Origin: Anaerolineales bacterium
Lineage (GTDB): Bacteria; Chloroflexota; Anaerolineae; Anaerolineales; UBA4823
NCBI GenBank assembly: GCA_035291645.1
Contig: DATDRQ010000310.1
Span: 1-58,289, forward strand
DNA: 58,289 nucleotides
Direction: 5' to 3'
Shown here: piece by piece, positions 1 through 8,892 of the stretch
Layout of the letters: each line of letters begins with the position of its first letter
Position numbering within the stretch: position 1 is the first letter of the stretch
Program-made: the position numbers and the translations under genes
Notes under the pieces: generated by a model
Told to the model about the DNA's origin: nothing
Seen by the model: only the letters and a program-made list of their open reading frames with translations
Databases searched by the model: none

Positions 1-897
1 GCCCATGAAAAATAGGTCCTTATCATGTCCCTCCAACGCATATTCGGAAGTGGTGTCAAACATTCGTATCAGGGTTCCTAAAGGATCTATCCACATGGCC
101 GGCCAGAACAGGACGAATATCAGCACAGCTCCCGAAACGACAACCAGGAAAGGCCAGGTTAAGCGCCAGAAATTACCCCGATTCACGCGCCTGTCTTCGC
201 GCCAGGTATTCCAGATCGCCGCCAGGCTGACCAGCCCGAAGAAAGGAACCAGGAATATCGAGGGTGACTTCGTCAACCATGCAAAACCGGTCGCCAACGT
301 CGCCAGGAGCAGATCGGACCAGCGCCTTCCCTGGTAAATGAAACAAAGGAACGACAGCGCGGCGAGAAACATCAGGCTGCTGATCAGACCGTCCAGGTGT
401 AGAAGCCGTGTCAAGCCGATATGAAACGGGTCGAATGCGATCAACAGGATGCCGGCGAATGCGGGCCAGGTCCCGAATAAACGCCTGGCTGCCAGGAAAG
501 CGAGCAATAAAGCGAGCGAAGTTCCCAATACCATAAAATCGCGGGCTGATTCCAGGATCATAAGAGCTGGTCGCTCTCGAACCTTGAGAAACTGTTCCAG
601 TTTATGTATGTTAGCCAATGTCGCCGGAGGAGCTTCCCAGACCAATTCAGGGAAACGCCACAGGTAGGCAAACGATCCCGCCCACATCGCCGTCACTCCC
701 GGGTGGCTGTGTTGGAAGGTTCCGGCGAAGTTCTTGAGCCGCAACGAAGTGTAGAAACGTGCTGAGCGCCCAACCCAGGCCCACTCGTCGGCGGTCACGA
801 ACCGGTCCAGCGCCGGTGCGCGCGGCGCGACGATCGCCAATGACACCAGGATCAGGAAGAGAGCGCTCGCCCAACGCCTGTTAATCTGTGGGTTCAT
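1..897 (-). CDS. GT-C fold glycosyltransferase, family 39 (ArnT/PMT-like), N-terminal 299 codons; the 3' end runs off the window
   Basis: Absent from the supplied ORF track because it is open at the window edge. Reverse-strand translation from ATG 897-895 gives MNPQINRRWASALFLILVSLAIVAPRAPALDRFVTADEWAWVGRSARFY..HPGVTAMWAG..FDPFHIGLTRLLHLDGL.. with no stop through base 1. Collinear with the paralogs at 964-2721 and 15427-17130. Confidence 0.8.
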   Translation of the reverse strand, partial: MNPQINRRWASALFLILVSLAIVAPRAPALDRFVTADEWAWVGRSARFYTSLRLKNFAGTFQHSHPGVTAMWAGSFAYLWRFPELVWEAPPATLANIHKLEQFLKVRERPALMILESARDFMVLGTSLALLLAFLAARRLFGTWPAFAGILLIAFDPFHIGLTRLLHLDGLISSLMFLAALSFLCFIYQGRRWSDLLLATLATGFAWLTKSPSIFLVPFFGLVSLAAIWNTWREDRRVNRGNFWRLTWPFLVVVSGAVLIFVLFWPAMWIDPLGTLIRMFDTTSEYALEGHDKDLFFMG

Positions 898-963
898 ACA
901 GCCCTTCTGCCCAGACACCTTATACGCATCCGGTAGTTTTCCCAATTCGGAGAAAAGCAGCGA

Positions 964-2721
964 TTACTTGAACGAGAAGTTACGGATATCATAAATGCGC
1001 GCATATTCGATCCCATTCAACTCGATCACCCGCTCGGGCGCCAGTCCCTGGAGGGCGTTCAACATCTCGGGAAACGGCAGCTGGCGCTGCCACTGGTTGA
1101 CATAGGTTACGACGTAATCGATGTCCTCCAGCTCAAGGCGGGTGGGCTCCCACTCCGGCTGCGATCCGTTGGTCTCCCCATTGAAAAAATAGGAGAAACT
1201 GCCATCCGGGTACCAGGCCATCACCCGCAGGGAAGGCGCCTCCGGTTTGGCGTTCAGGTAGCGGGCCGCCTGGTCCAGCCCCTCTCCCCAACCGACCATC
1301 ATCACCCGGGGAGCCCTTCCCGACCCGCCCATGAGCGGGTTGTAATAGCTCAGGTAGTACGGGTAAGTCCTGACAACTGTCAGGGCTTGCAGCATAATAG
1401 CGGCGCCGAGGGTCAGCCCAACTGCCAGTCTTGCCCACCTGCTTGCAAGCCGACCTGCCAGCCAGCTCGTTCCCAGGAACAAACCGATCCCGGCGACCAG
1501 GTCGAGCGGCAGGAAGACTGGCAGCAGATAGCGGTCGAACTTCTTCGAGCCCAGGGACATGAACAGGGTAAACAGCGTAGCAAACAGGAGCAGGGCGAGC
1601 ACCGTCCATGTGAGCACCTGGTTTCCACCTTGCTTCCTGTAAAACAACAGACCCGGCGCCACCAACAACAGACCAACCAGGACAACAGGGGTGGTGCGCC
1701 AGGCGTAATTCACCAGGTAGAAACGGCGGCCCAGGTAGCTGGCCGGGAAGAGAAATTTTCCCGCGTGTTCGGTGAAGGCCTTGCGCTCATCGGTCGAGAT
1801 GATCCGCCCGTCGAAGAAAACATCCGAGGTATGCCCTTCTTGCGCATAAAGGCTGGCCTGCCCCAGCACGCGTTCTACAGTCCCGATCGGGTTGACCCAC
1901 ATCGCCGGCCACAACAGGAAATAGACCACAAGTCCGGTCGATACCCAGGCCAGAACCGGCCAAGCCTGACTCCATAGAACTCGCGCGCTCATCTTACGCT
2001 GTGTGTAAAACATTCGCCCGACCTCGATCAACGTCAGCACCAAGATGAACGGGGCCAGAAAAAAAGCCGGCGACTCGCTCAACCAGGCCAGCCCGGCGCT
2101 GACGCCGGACAGGACCAGGTCTGCCCACCGGCGGCCGCGCAAAATGAAAGCCAGGTAAGCCAGCAAGGAGAGGAACATCAAAGTGCTCATCAATCCGCTT
2201 GGGTGGAGCAGGCGCGACAGCCCAACATAGAAGGGATCGAAGGCAATCAGCAGGAAGCCGATCAGCGCCGGCCATACTCCCACCAACCTCACCGCCTCGA
2301 CAAACGCCGCCAGGAGTATCAGCGTGACCTGCAGGACGACGATAATTCGGCTGGCCTCCAGAACCTGCAACGGGTTGCGCCCGTTTGCCCGGAAGAACTG
2401 CTCCATTTCTTGCGGTTCGTCAAACCGGCCGGTCGCCTGCCTGACGTAGTCCGGGTAGCTTGTCAGGAATCCGGCAAGGCCGGCCCAGGTGATCGTCACC
2501 CCGGGGTGTTCGCGGGTGAAAGTACCCGCCAGGTCTCTCTGCGAGAGGGCCAGGTAGAAATTCGCCGATCGCTCCAGCCACTTCGGCTCATCCACCGAGA
2601 CGAAACTGGCCAGACCCAGGCCGCGCGGCAGGCTAACCGCCAGCCCGATCAGGACCAGGGCCGCGATCCATTGCCAGGTGGAGAGCTTCTCGGCGGCGCC
2701 CATGTTGAAACTCGGGGTCAT
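964..2721 (-). CDS. GT-C fold glycosyltransferase, family 39 (ArnT/PMT-like)
   Basis: 585 aa with many hydrophobic spans. Loop-1 FVSVDEPKW (Asp-Glu motif of PMT/ArnT-type enzymes), HPGVTITWAG, FDPFYVGLSRLLHPSGL. The C-terminal block YPYYLSYYNPLMGG..MMVGWGEGL is shared with 15427-17130. Confidence 0.85.
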   Translation of the reverse strand: MTPSFNMGAAEKLSTWQWIAALVLIGLAVSLPRGLGLASFVSVDEPKWLERSANFYLALSQRDLAGTFTREHPGVTITWAGLAGFLTSYPDYVRQATGRFDEPQEMEQFFRANGRNPLQVLEASRIIVVLQVTLILLAAFVEAVRLVGVWPALIGFLLIAFDPFYVGLSRLLHPSGLMSTLMFLSLLAYLAFILRGRRWADLVLSGVSAGLAWLSESPAFFLAPFILVLTLIEVGRMFYTQRKMSARVLWSQAWPVLAWVSTGLVVYFLLWPAMWVNPIGTVERVLGQASLYAQEGHTSDVFFDGRIISTDERKAFTEHAGKFLFPASYLGRRFYLVNYAWRTTPVVLVGLLLVAPGLLFYRKQGGNQVLTWTVLALLLFATLFTLFMSLGSKKFDRYLLPVFLPLDLVAGIGLFLGTSWLAGRLASRWARLAVGLTLGAAIMLQALTVVRTYPYYLSYYNPLMGGSGRAPRVMMVGWGEGLDQAARYLNAKPEAPSLRVMAWYPDGSFSYFFNGETNGSQPEWEPTRLELEDIDYVVTYVNQWQRQLPFPEMLNALQGLAPERVIELNGIEYARIYDIRNFSFK

Positions 2722-2744
2722 CCCAAGACCTGCTCCAATAAATC

Positions 2745-2764
2745 GCTCACCCGCTGGGGTGAGC
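2745..2764 (-). other. perfect 8-bp stem / 4-nt loop hairpin in the 88-nt gap between two glycan-locus genes
   Basis: GCTCACCC-GCTG-GGGTGAGC. On the transcribed (minus) strand it is followed by GATTTATT. It may be an intra-operon attenuator or stabiliser, and is not a canonical terminator. Confidence 0.3.
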
Positions 2765-2809
2765 TGCCAATCTCGTCCTCTCGAAAGACTGTCCAGCCGG
2801 ATCCAATGC

Positions 2810-4813
2810 TCAAGGTTTTGGCTCCAGGACTTCGATGCTCAGTTCCTTGAACAGCTTCTTGCTCCGGTAGGCTTCCAGGGTTGGGCGAACGACCCGTTTG
2901 ACCCAGGCATCGTTTTCCTCTCCAAATGAGAACTCCTCCCCCTTTATCACGTCCTTCAAGGGATCGGTGATGATCAGCGCGAATCTTCGCTTCGCCAGGT
3001 CGTCATAATAAGATCCCAGGTAAACCTGATTGCCCGCCATCGCCATCTCCATCAGAAATACTTTCTCGTATGGATCGACCAGGCCTACCAGCGGCAGGTT
3101 GTTGAAGGTCAGGAGCTGCCGCTCGGAGATGAACAACACTTCCCCGCCTCGTCCAACGGCCTGATCTACCATGCCTTTGATCTCGTTCAGGGCGGATGAT
3201 ATGACCGGTTTCTCCGGCAGAGGATGATAACCACCGGTCGAGATCGCCATGAGCACCGGGATGACAGACATTGCAGCCAGCACGGAAAGAGATGGCAGGC
3301 GCCCGGTAAACTTGCCTGGTTTTCCCCTCTGGATGCTCTGGAACAGGGCATAACCACCCATGATCAGCAGCAGCACCAGGTAAGCATCCAGGTTGTGCAG
3401 GTTGCTGCCCCCGCCGATCTTCGCGCTGACGACGACCCCCCCGGTGAAGAGGACTACCAGGATACCTGCCAACCCGGCCAACCGATTGAGGTGCAGCCCT
3501 CGCAGTTCTCTCGCCAGCAGGGTTAACATCGGTGCGGAGACCAGCACGGCTGCCGGCAAGATGCCCAGGGGGAAGGTCGGGTTAGGGAAAAGCCGGTACC
3601 ACAACAGGTCGGAAGAGAAGCTGGAGGTGAAGGCCTCTCCCTCCACCCCTGACCATAGGATGTAGACCGCCTGGGTCAGGGAAGCCGCCAGCGTCCCTAC
3701 CAAAATCCAGATCGCCGGCCAGGACAGGTAATTAACTGCCGACCGGAAACGGTTCGACCCAATAGCCGGTTCGAAATCCACCTCAAGAAAGTAGAGCACG
3801 GCTGCCAGCATGCCTGGGACGGGGTACCAGTTCACCCGGCTGATACCCGCCCAGGTGGAGGCAACTATTACCAAAGCCATCGCTTTCCACGGTCGTGTTC
3901 GATCGAATCCCCATACCAACAAAATCGGGATGAGCAACAAGTGGTAATATACGGGACCCTGAAAGAGGAAAAGGAAGGCCATTCCTACGAACAAGATCCC
4001 CACCAGCTCCCGGTCTTCCATACCAACCTTTGTGCGCGGTTCCTCAGCTGCGGGTAGGTTCCTACTCAATCTGTGGTTCAACAAGTAAGCCAGGCCGAAA
4101 GCGGTTGCCAGCCACAGGAGCACTTGCCAGGCGCGGTGGAACCAAAGCGGCAGCTGCGGGATGGTGAAGGGGATCGCCTGCATCAAATAGCGGCTGGGAT
4201 GCAGCGGAGACAGTGGGACAGCTTCTCCGTAAATCCTCTCTGACAAGAACAGCGAAGCGTAGTAGTAACGGCTGGCCTCCGACCAGCTCAGGGTAAACGG
4301 GTAGGTGGACACATCCGGGATGAAAGCGAGCAGCCGGTAACCCACTCCAGCCAGCAGCCAGGTAGCTGAGAGAACGACGATCCAGGACCGCTGGGGCGCA
4401 AACGCTTTAAGGAACACCGACCCGACCAGGCAGGTCATCCAAAAAAGGCTTAGCCGGGGGATAAATTCCTTGAGATATCGACCGGTCGGTCCGAGGATCA
4501 GGAATGAGTATGCCGCGATTATGAGAAGGAAGAAGAACAGGTTAAACCGTCCAAGCTGTTTCAACAGTCCAAGCCCCCGATCGAACCAGCTTTCCAGCCG
4601 CTCCCACCACTCCGTCCAGCTGGCGATCAACAGCGCGACCGGGACTGCCAATGCGGCCAGGCTCGCCAGGAACAGCGCCGTCCAGCGGATCGACTCGAAC
4701 AGATAATCTCGCCGGGAAAGCTCGGCGGCGATCTGCAGGGTTGTACCCCCAAATAGCAGGATGGTGATCCCCAGGATCAGGCGTGACTGGCTGGGGAATT
4801 CACGGCGCGTCAT
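2810..4813 (-). CDS. polytopic membrane protein with a ~190-aa C-terminal soluble domain; putative glycan polymerase or glycosyltransferase (family not recognised)
   Basis: 667 aa, about 480 aa of hydrophobic helices then a soluble tail (..VLFISERQLLTFNNLPLVGLVDPYEK..). ATGA start/stop overlap with the upstream gene at 4810-4813. The function is inferred from context only. Confidence 0.5.
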   Translation of the reverse strand: MTRREFPSQSRLILGITILLFGGTTLQIAAELSRRDYLFESIRWTALFLASLAALAVPVALLIASWTEWWERLESWFDRGLGLLKQLGRFNLFFFLLIIAAYSFLILGPTGRYLKEFIPRLSLFWMTCLVGSVFLKAFAPQRSWIVVLSATWLLAGVGYRLLAFIPDVSTYPFTLSWSEASRYYYASLFLSERIYGEAVPLSPLHPSRYLMQAIPFTIPQLPLWFHRAWQVLLWLATAFGLAYLLNHRLSRNLPAAEEPRTKVGMEDRELVGILFVGMAFLFLFQGPVYYHLLLIPILLVWGFDRTRPWKAMALVIVASTWAGISRVNWYPVPGMLAAVLYFLEVDFEPAIGSNRFRSAVNYLSWPAIWILVGTLAASLTQAVYILWSGVEGEAFTSSFSSDLLWYRLFPNPTFPLGILPAAVLVSAPMLTLLARELRGLHLNRLAGLAGILVVLFTGGVVVSAKIGGGSNLHNLDAYLVLLLIMGGYALFQSIQRGKPGKFTGRLPSLSVLAAMSVIPVLMAISTGGYHPLPEKPVISSALNEIKGMVDQAVGRGGEVLFISERQLLTFNNLPLVGLVDPYEKVFLMEMAMAGNQVYLGSYYDDLAKRRFALIITDPLKDVIKGEEFSFGEENDAWVKRVVRPTLEAYRSKKLFKELSIEVLEPKP

Positions 4814-5778
4814 TGGACTGGTTCAGCAGTATCCTTGCTTCCGGCGATCAGCCCGGGTACGAAGGCCGCTCCAGGCAGGCTGGCGATCATCATCATCGTG
4901 CGGAACAGGAGCGCGACGGTCAGCCCGCTTTGCATGGAAACCCCGCCGACTGCCGAAAATATAAAGGTCATGGAGACTTCCTGGATCCCATACCCGTTAA
5001 TCGAGAACGGGAGCAGGGTGACGAAGTAGACAATGCTATATAGGCCTCCAATTAACCACAGCGGGATACTATCGTTCATTCCACCTAACAAGACGTAAAT
5101 CACGCTAAACAGGCACAACATATTGACCCAGGTGAAGCCGAAGGATTTGAGCAGAGCACGGGGTTGGTAGCGCCAGATCACCAAGGCTGCCCATAACTTT
5201 CTCAGAATCCGCATCCCTTTTTCCCAGAATGGCCCGACCCATTTGCCCAGGGCTGAGGTCGCCGCCGCCGCCATGAAGAACGGCTGCCTGAGCGGTAGCA
5301 CGCTTTGGACACGCGTGGCTGCCAAAAAACCCGGCAGTCCAAACGGGATCATCACCGCCATCCCGGACATACCGACCAGGCGGTCCACAACCAGGGAAGC
5401 TGTGCTGATCGCCGCATCGAATTTCAAGCGGATGGCGCCCGCCAACCGGATGACATCCCCGCCGACCGTGGTTGGCAAGAAATTTGTGGCGAACAGCCCG
5501 GCGAAGGTGATGCGCAGCGTGTCACGGATCGAGATCCGCAAACCTGCCGAGCGTAGCAGGACGTGCCAGCGGCCCGCTACTGCAAAACGGGAGACAATCA
5601 TCAAGCCCATCGCCAACGCAAAGCGCCAGACGGGGATTTGCTCGACTGCCGCAATGATCTCCCCCCAACCCTGCTGGCTGAGCAGGTAAAACAACAATCC
5701 AAAGGCCAAAAGCGTCCCGAAGAGGCGGATGACGAAGCCCGATCGGCTGTTTGCAGCTCTAGACAGTTGTTCTTTCAT
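4810..5778 (-). CDS. flippase-like membrane protein (UPF0104 / lysyl-PG synthase TM-region family)
   Basis: 322 aa, multi-TM. RWHVLLRSAGL..FLPTTVGGDVIRL matches the family signature. 4-nt ATGA overlaps with both neighbours. Confidence 0.7.
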   Translation of the reverse strand: MKEQLSRAANSRSGFVIRLFGTLLAFGLLFYLLSQQGWGEIIAAVEQIPVWRFALAMGLMIVSRFAVAGRWHVLLRSAGLRISIRDTLRITFAGLFATNFLPTTVGGDVIRLAGAIRLKFDAAISTASLVVDRLVGMSGMAVMIPFGLPGFLAATRVQSVLPLRQPFFMAAAATSALGKWVGPFWEKGMRILRKLWAALVIWRYQPRALLKSFGFTWVNMLCLFSVIYVLLGGMNDSIPLWLIGGLYSIVYFVTLLPFSINGYGIQEVSMTFIFSAVGGVSMQSGLTVALLFRTMMMIASLPGAAFVPGLIAGSKDTAEPVQ

Positions 5779-6806
5779 GTTTTTCCTTCGCTACCGCCGA
5801 TAAACTTACGAACCGTATAGGTGGGTTTCGATTGTGATTCATGGTAAGTTCTAACCAACAACTCTGCGATCAATCCAAGCAGGATAGATTGAAAGCCCAG
5901 AATGAACAGCATCGTGCTCATTTGCAGCAGCGGTGATCGCACCATGGATTCCCCCTCGACCACTTTTCGAAGGATGATCACCAGCAAGGAGGCGAAGCTT
6001 GCTAGGAACAAGACGATGCCTGCCCCTCCGAAGAGATAAATCGGTTTGTTGGCATAACTGGATAGGAATTTCACCGTGAAAAGGTCGAGAATGACTTTCA
6101 CCGTTCTTTCCAGCCCATATTTGGTTTTGCCAAACTGGCGGGCGTGGTGCTTGACCTGGACTTCGATGATCCTGGCGCCGACCCAACCGGCAAAGGCAGG
6201 GATAAAGCGGTGCATTTCACCGTAAAGGCGAAACCCCGTGATGACTTCGCGCCGGTAGGCTTTCAAGGTGCAACCATAGTCATGCAGGCGAACGCCGGTT
6301 ACCCGTGAAATGAGACCATTCGCTATCTGGGAGGGGAGTCTGCGCGACAGGAATGGGTCCTGGCGGTTATACCGCCAGCCGCTGACCACGTCGTAGCCCT
6401 GGTTCAATTTCTCCAGCATCATTGGGATGTCCGCCGGGTCGTTCTGCAAGTCGGCGTCCATTAAGACCAGGATCTCTCCGGCAGAATGGTCGATACCGGC
6501 CGCGATCGCCGCGGTCTGTCCAAAATTGCGGCGCAGCTCGACCACGCGTACGTGCTCCGGATCTACTTGCGCCAGGCTTTCCAGGGCGGGAAGACTCTTA
6601 TCGGAACTGCCATCGTCCACGTAGACCACTTCCCAGGGGCGATCCAGGTCGCTCATCGCTTCAGAAATGGCCGATTGGAGCAATGAGATACTCTCCGCCT
6701 CGTTATAAACCGGGATTACGATCGACACCAGGGAACGGTCATCCGGAAATGCAACCATCGCCTCACTGGGTTGAGTTTGAACCACTCGATCGAGATCCAC
6801 GCTCAC
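5775..6806 (-). CDS. GT2 polyprenol-phosphate sugar synthase (GtrB/ArnC/DPM1-like) with two C-terminal TM helices
   Basis: VSIVIPVYNEAESI, VDDGSSDKS and MDADLQNDP motifs; C-terminal hydrophobic pair. GTG start with AAAGGA upstream. Confidence 0.85.
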   Translation of the reverse strand: MSVDLDRVVQTQPSEAMVAFPDDRSLVSIVIPVYNEAESISLLQSAISEAMSDLDRPWEVVYVDDGSSDKSLPALESLAQVDPEHVRVVELRRNFGQTAAIAAGIDHSAGEILVLMDADLQNDPADIPMMLEKLNQGYDVVSGWRYNRQDPFLSRRLPSQIANGLISRVTGVRLHDYGCTLKAYRREVITGFRLYGEMHRFIPAFAGWVGARIIEVQVKHHARQFGKTKYGLERTVKVILDLFTVKFLSSYANKPIYLFGGAGIVLFLASFASLLVIILRKVVEGESMVRSPLLQMSTMLFILGFQSILLGLIAELLVRTYHESQSKPTYTVRKFIGGSEGKT

Positions 6807-6821
6807 GTCCTTTACTAACCT

Positions 6822-8852
6822 CTAAGGTTGACAATCCTCGAGACTTACCAGTCGCCTGAAATCGCCATTCGCTGGATCTGCCTGCTGCGCCAGGGTCCGG
6901 ATACAGGGCGCCGACATGGCGTCACGAGAGGTTTCTGAGAGAATATTCCACCATTCCGCATCGATATAGACGTGGTCGAAGTCACTCTCTAGAAACGCTC
7001 CTACAGAAGGACTGGTGTGCAGCGCTTCCCATTCAGGCGAACGGGTGTAATTATAGGACATATTCCCGGTAATGGCGCGCGTTAATCTTCCGGTCAGCAT
7101 GGTCCCCCGCCAGCCCTGCGGGTCATAAATGAGACTTTCTTCCGGCAGCCGGTCCCAAACCTGGCCCGAAATCTTGGCGTCCAACCGCGTCACGTCTTCT
7201 TCCGTATATACGTACTGCGACAGAGCAGTGAGCTCTGTGCGCGCGATGACCAGTCCTGCGAAAACCATCATCGCCAAACCCAGCGCGGCTGCCAAACCCA
7301 GCGCCGTCAGGCGCATGGAGGAGAGACCGAGCAACATCAATCCCAAGACCAGAAGCCAGGTCCATAGGGCGTACTCTGTGAAGCGGGAGACGTCCCGGTC
7401 GATCTCGAATGAGAAAAAGATCGGTATAGCAAATGCCGCCCAGGCGCTGAGCACAGCTGCTCCGAGCATCCAATCTCCCTGTCGGAACTGGCTCCAGGAC
7501 CACCAGGTGATCCAGGGAGTGAAAAAGAAGATCGGCCCCAGCTCGAGCAGAGCGACGAACAGTTCGGGCGGCGAGAAGACCTCTAACGAACCGAACTGCT
7601 TGGAAAAGATCGCCGGGGGCCAGCGAAGGGCAAACCCGGCTACCTGGTTAGACCCTTCGGCGGTGATCGCCGCCGGACCCCCCGACCCGAGTAAGGCAGC
7701 CCGGGCCAGCTCGGTGACCGTCCCGCCCTGCAGGATCGCCAATGGCAGCGAGATGAGCAAGGCGGCTGCCATCCAACCCACCCAGCCATCCTGCCCCCTT
7801 TTTTGTTTCCATATCCAATATGCTGCTGCGATGACACCCGCCATCAGGAAGGCCCCATAACTCGACTCCCAGACCAGGGCCCAGAGAGCCAGCAGGAGTG
7901 ACAGGACCAGGATGGAAGACCGGCGCTGCATGCGCGAGGCCAGCATCCAGATCAGCAGGAACAGGATGAAGGAGTACGTGCTCGAACCGATGTGGATGTT
8001 CATGACGAGCGGCCAGCCGAATCCGTTCAAGAAGCCAAAGTAAAAGGGGGTAGGCGGTCCATCTTGCAGGATATACGCCTGCCGGATGGCCTGCGAGACC
8101 GGGAATCCCGCCATCACATCCGGCGCCCGCACCTCCACCAACACATCGATCCAAACCATGAGCTGCCTGGGTACAATCAAGAGCAGGTAGCGGACTCCGG
8201 TCGCAAAAGCCATCAGACCGGCCAAAGCCCAGCCGGCATATAGCTTATCTAAGTAGCGCCTGGCGAATAAAGCGATCAAGATAAACAGATACGCCCCAAC
8301 CATCGCCCGGCTGAGGTCGAAAGCACTCCACGGCTGCAGCCCGCCCAGGCGTACCAGGCTGGCGCCGAGCAATTGAAACCCATAGTGGTAAGCGAAGCCG
8401 GCCTCAGCATTCATATAATGGTGGGGTGGGATATCGCCAGCAGCCATCGTCGATACGATAGAAAGGTTCTTTGGTTCGTCGAAGACTGCCACGCCCATCG
8501 CCAGGCGCTGGAACAGGATCGCCAGCCCCAACCAGACCAGCCCGTAAGGCCAGACTCTCAGATCCTCTCGGTCCAGGAAAGGCCTCGCCGATCTGAATGC
8601 GTAGAATAACCCCAGCCCGAAAACCAGCACGGCCGGGATCGAGAAAGCCAGGCCAGGGGTGGACCAATGCCCAAGCGCGTTCACGAACCACAGGTACAGG
8701 CCAAGGCCAAGACCGATCCCGAGAATGAGCCGCTCACGTGCGGCCAGGCTGAAAGCGTGGGTGGCGATCAGCCAGCCTCCGATGCTCCACAGTACGGCAG
8801 CCGCCAGCCAGGCTAACGCCATCCAGGGGGTCTCGGTGCGGAACCAATACAT
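6822..8852 (-). CDS. large polytopic membrane protein, putative GT-C glycosyltransferase
   Basis: The track ORF extends to 8975 but would overlap the upstream gene by 83 nt. ATG at 8852 (MYWFRTETPWMALAWL..) removes the overlap. Contains a VFDEPKN loop motif and a C-terminal soluble domain. The start choice is uncertain. Confidence 0.55.
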   Translation of the reverse strand: MYWFRTETPWMALAWLAAAVLWSIGGWLIATHAFSLAARERLILGIGLGLGLYLWFVNALGHWSTPGLAFSIPAVLVFGLGLFYAFRSARPFLDREDLRVWPYGLVWLGLAILFQRLAMGVAVFDEPKNLSIVSTMAAGDIPPHHYMNAEAGFAYHYGFQLLGASLVRLGGLQPWSAFDLSRAMVGAYLFILIALFARRYLDKLYAGWALAGLMAFATGVRYLLLIVPRQLMVWIDVLVEVRAPDVMAGFPVSQAIRQAYILQDGPPTPFYFGFLNGFGWPLVMNIHIGSSTYSFILFLLIWMLASRMQRRSSILVLSLLLALWALVWESSYGAFLMAGVIAAAYWIWKQKRGQDGWVGWMAAALLISLPLAILQGGTVTELARAALLGSGGPAAITAEGSNQVAGFALRWPPAIFSKQFGSLEVFSPPELFVALLELGPIFFFTPWITWWSWSQFRQGDWMLGAAVLSAWAAFAIPIFFSFEIDRDVSRFTEYALWTWLLVLGLMLLGLSSMRLTALGLAAALGLAMMVFAGLVIARTELTALSQYVYTEEDVTRLDAKISGQVWDRLPEESLIYDPQGWRGTMLTGRLTRAITGNMSYNYTRSPEWEALHTSPSVGAFLESDFDHVYIDAEWWNILSETSRDAMSAPCIRTLAQQADPANGDFRRLVSLEDCQP

Positions 8853-8892
8853 TTCAGGCAAGATTCTGTCCTTAGGAATACACTTTATTTTA

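Noticed and set aside
5-874. Track ORFs 5-337 (+), 449-667 (+) and 647-874 (-)
   Set aside because: They lie antisense to, or out of frame within, the open-ended GT39-like reading frame that spans 1-897 on the minus strand. Their products are low-complexity and Arg/Pro/Ser-rich, as is typical of off-frame GC-rich translation.
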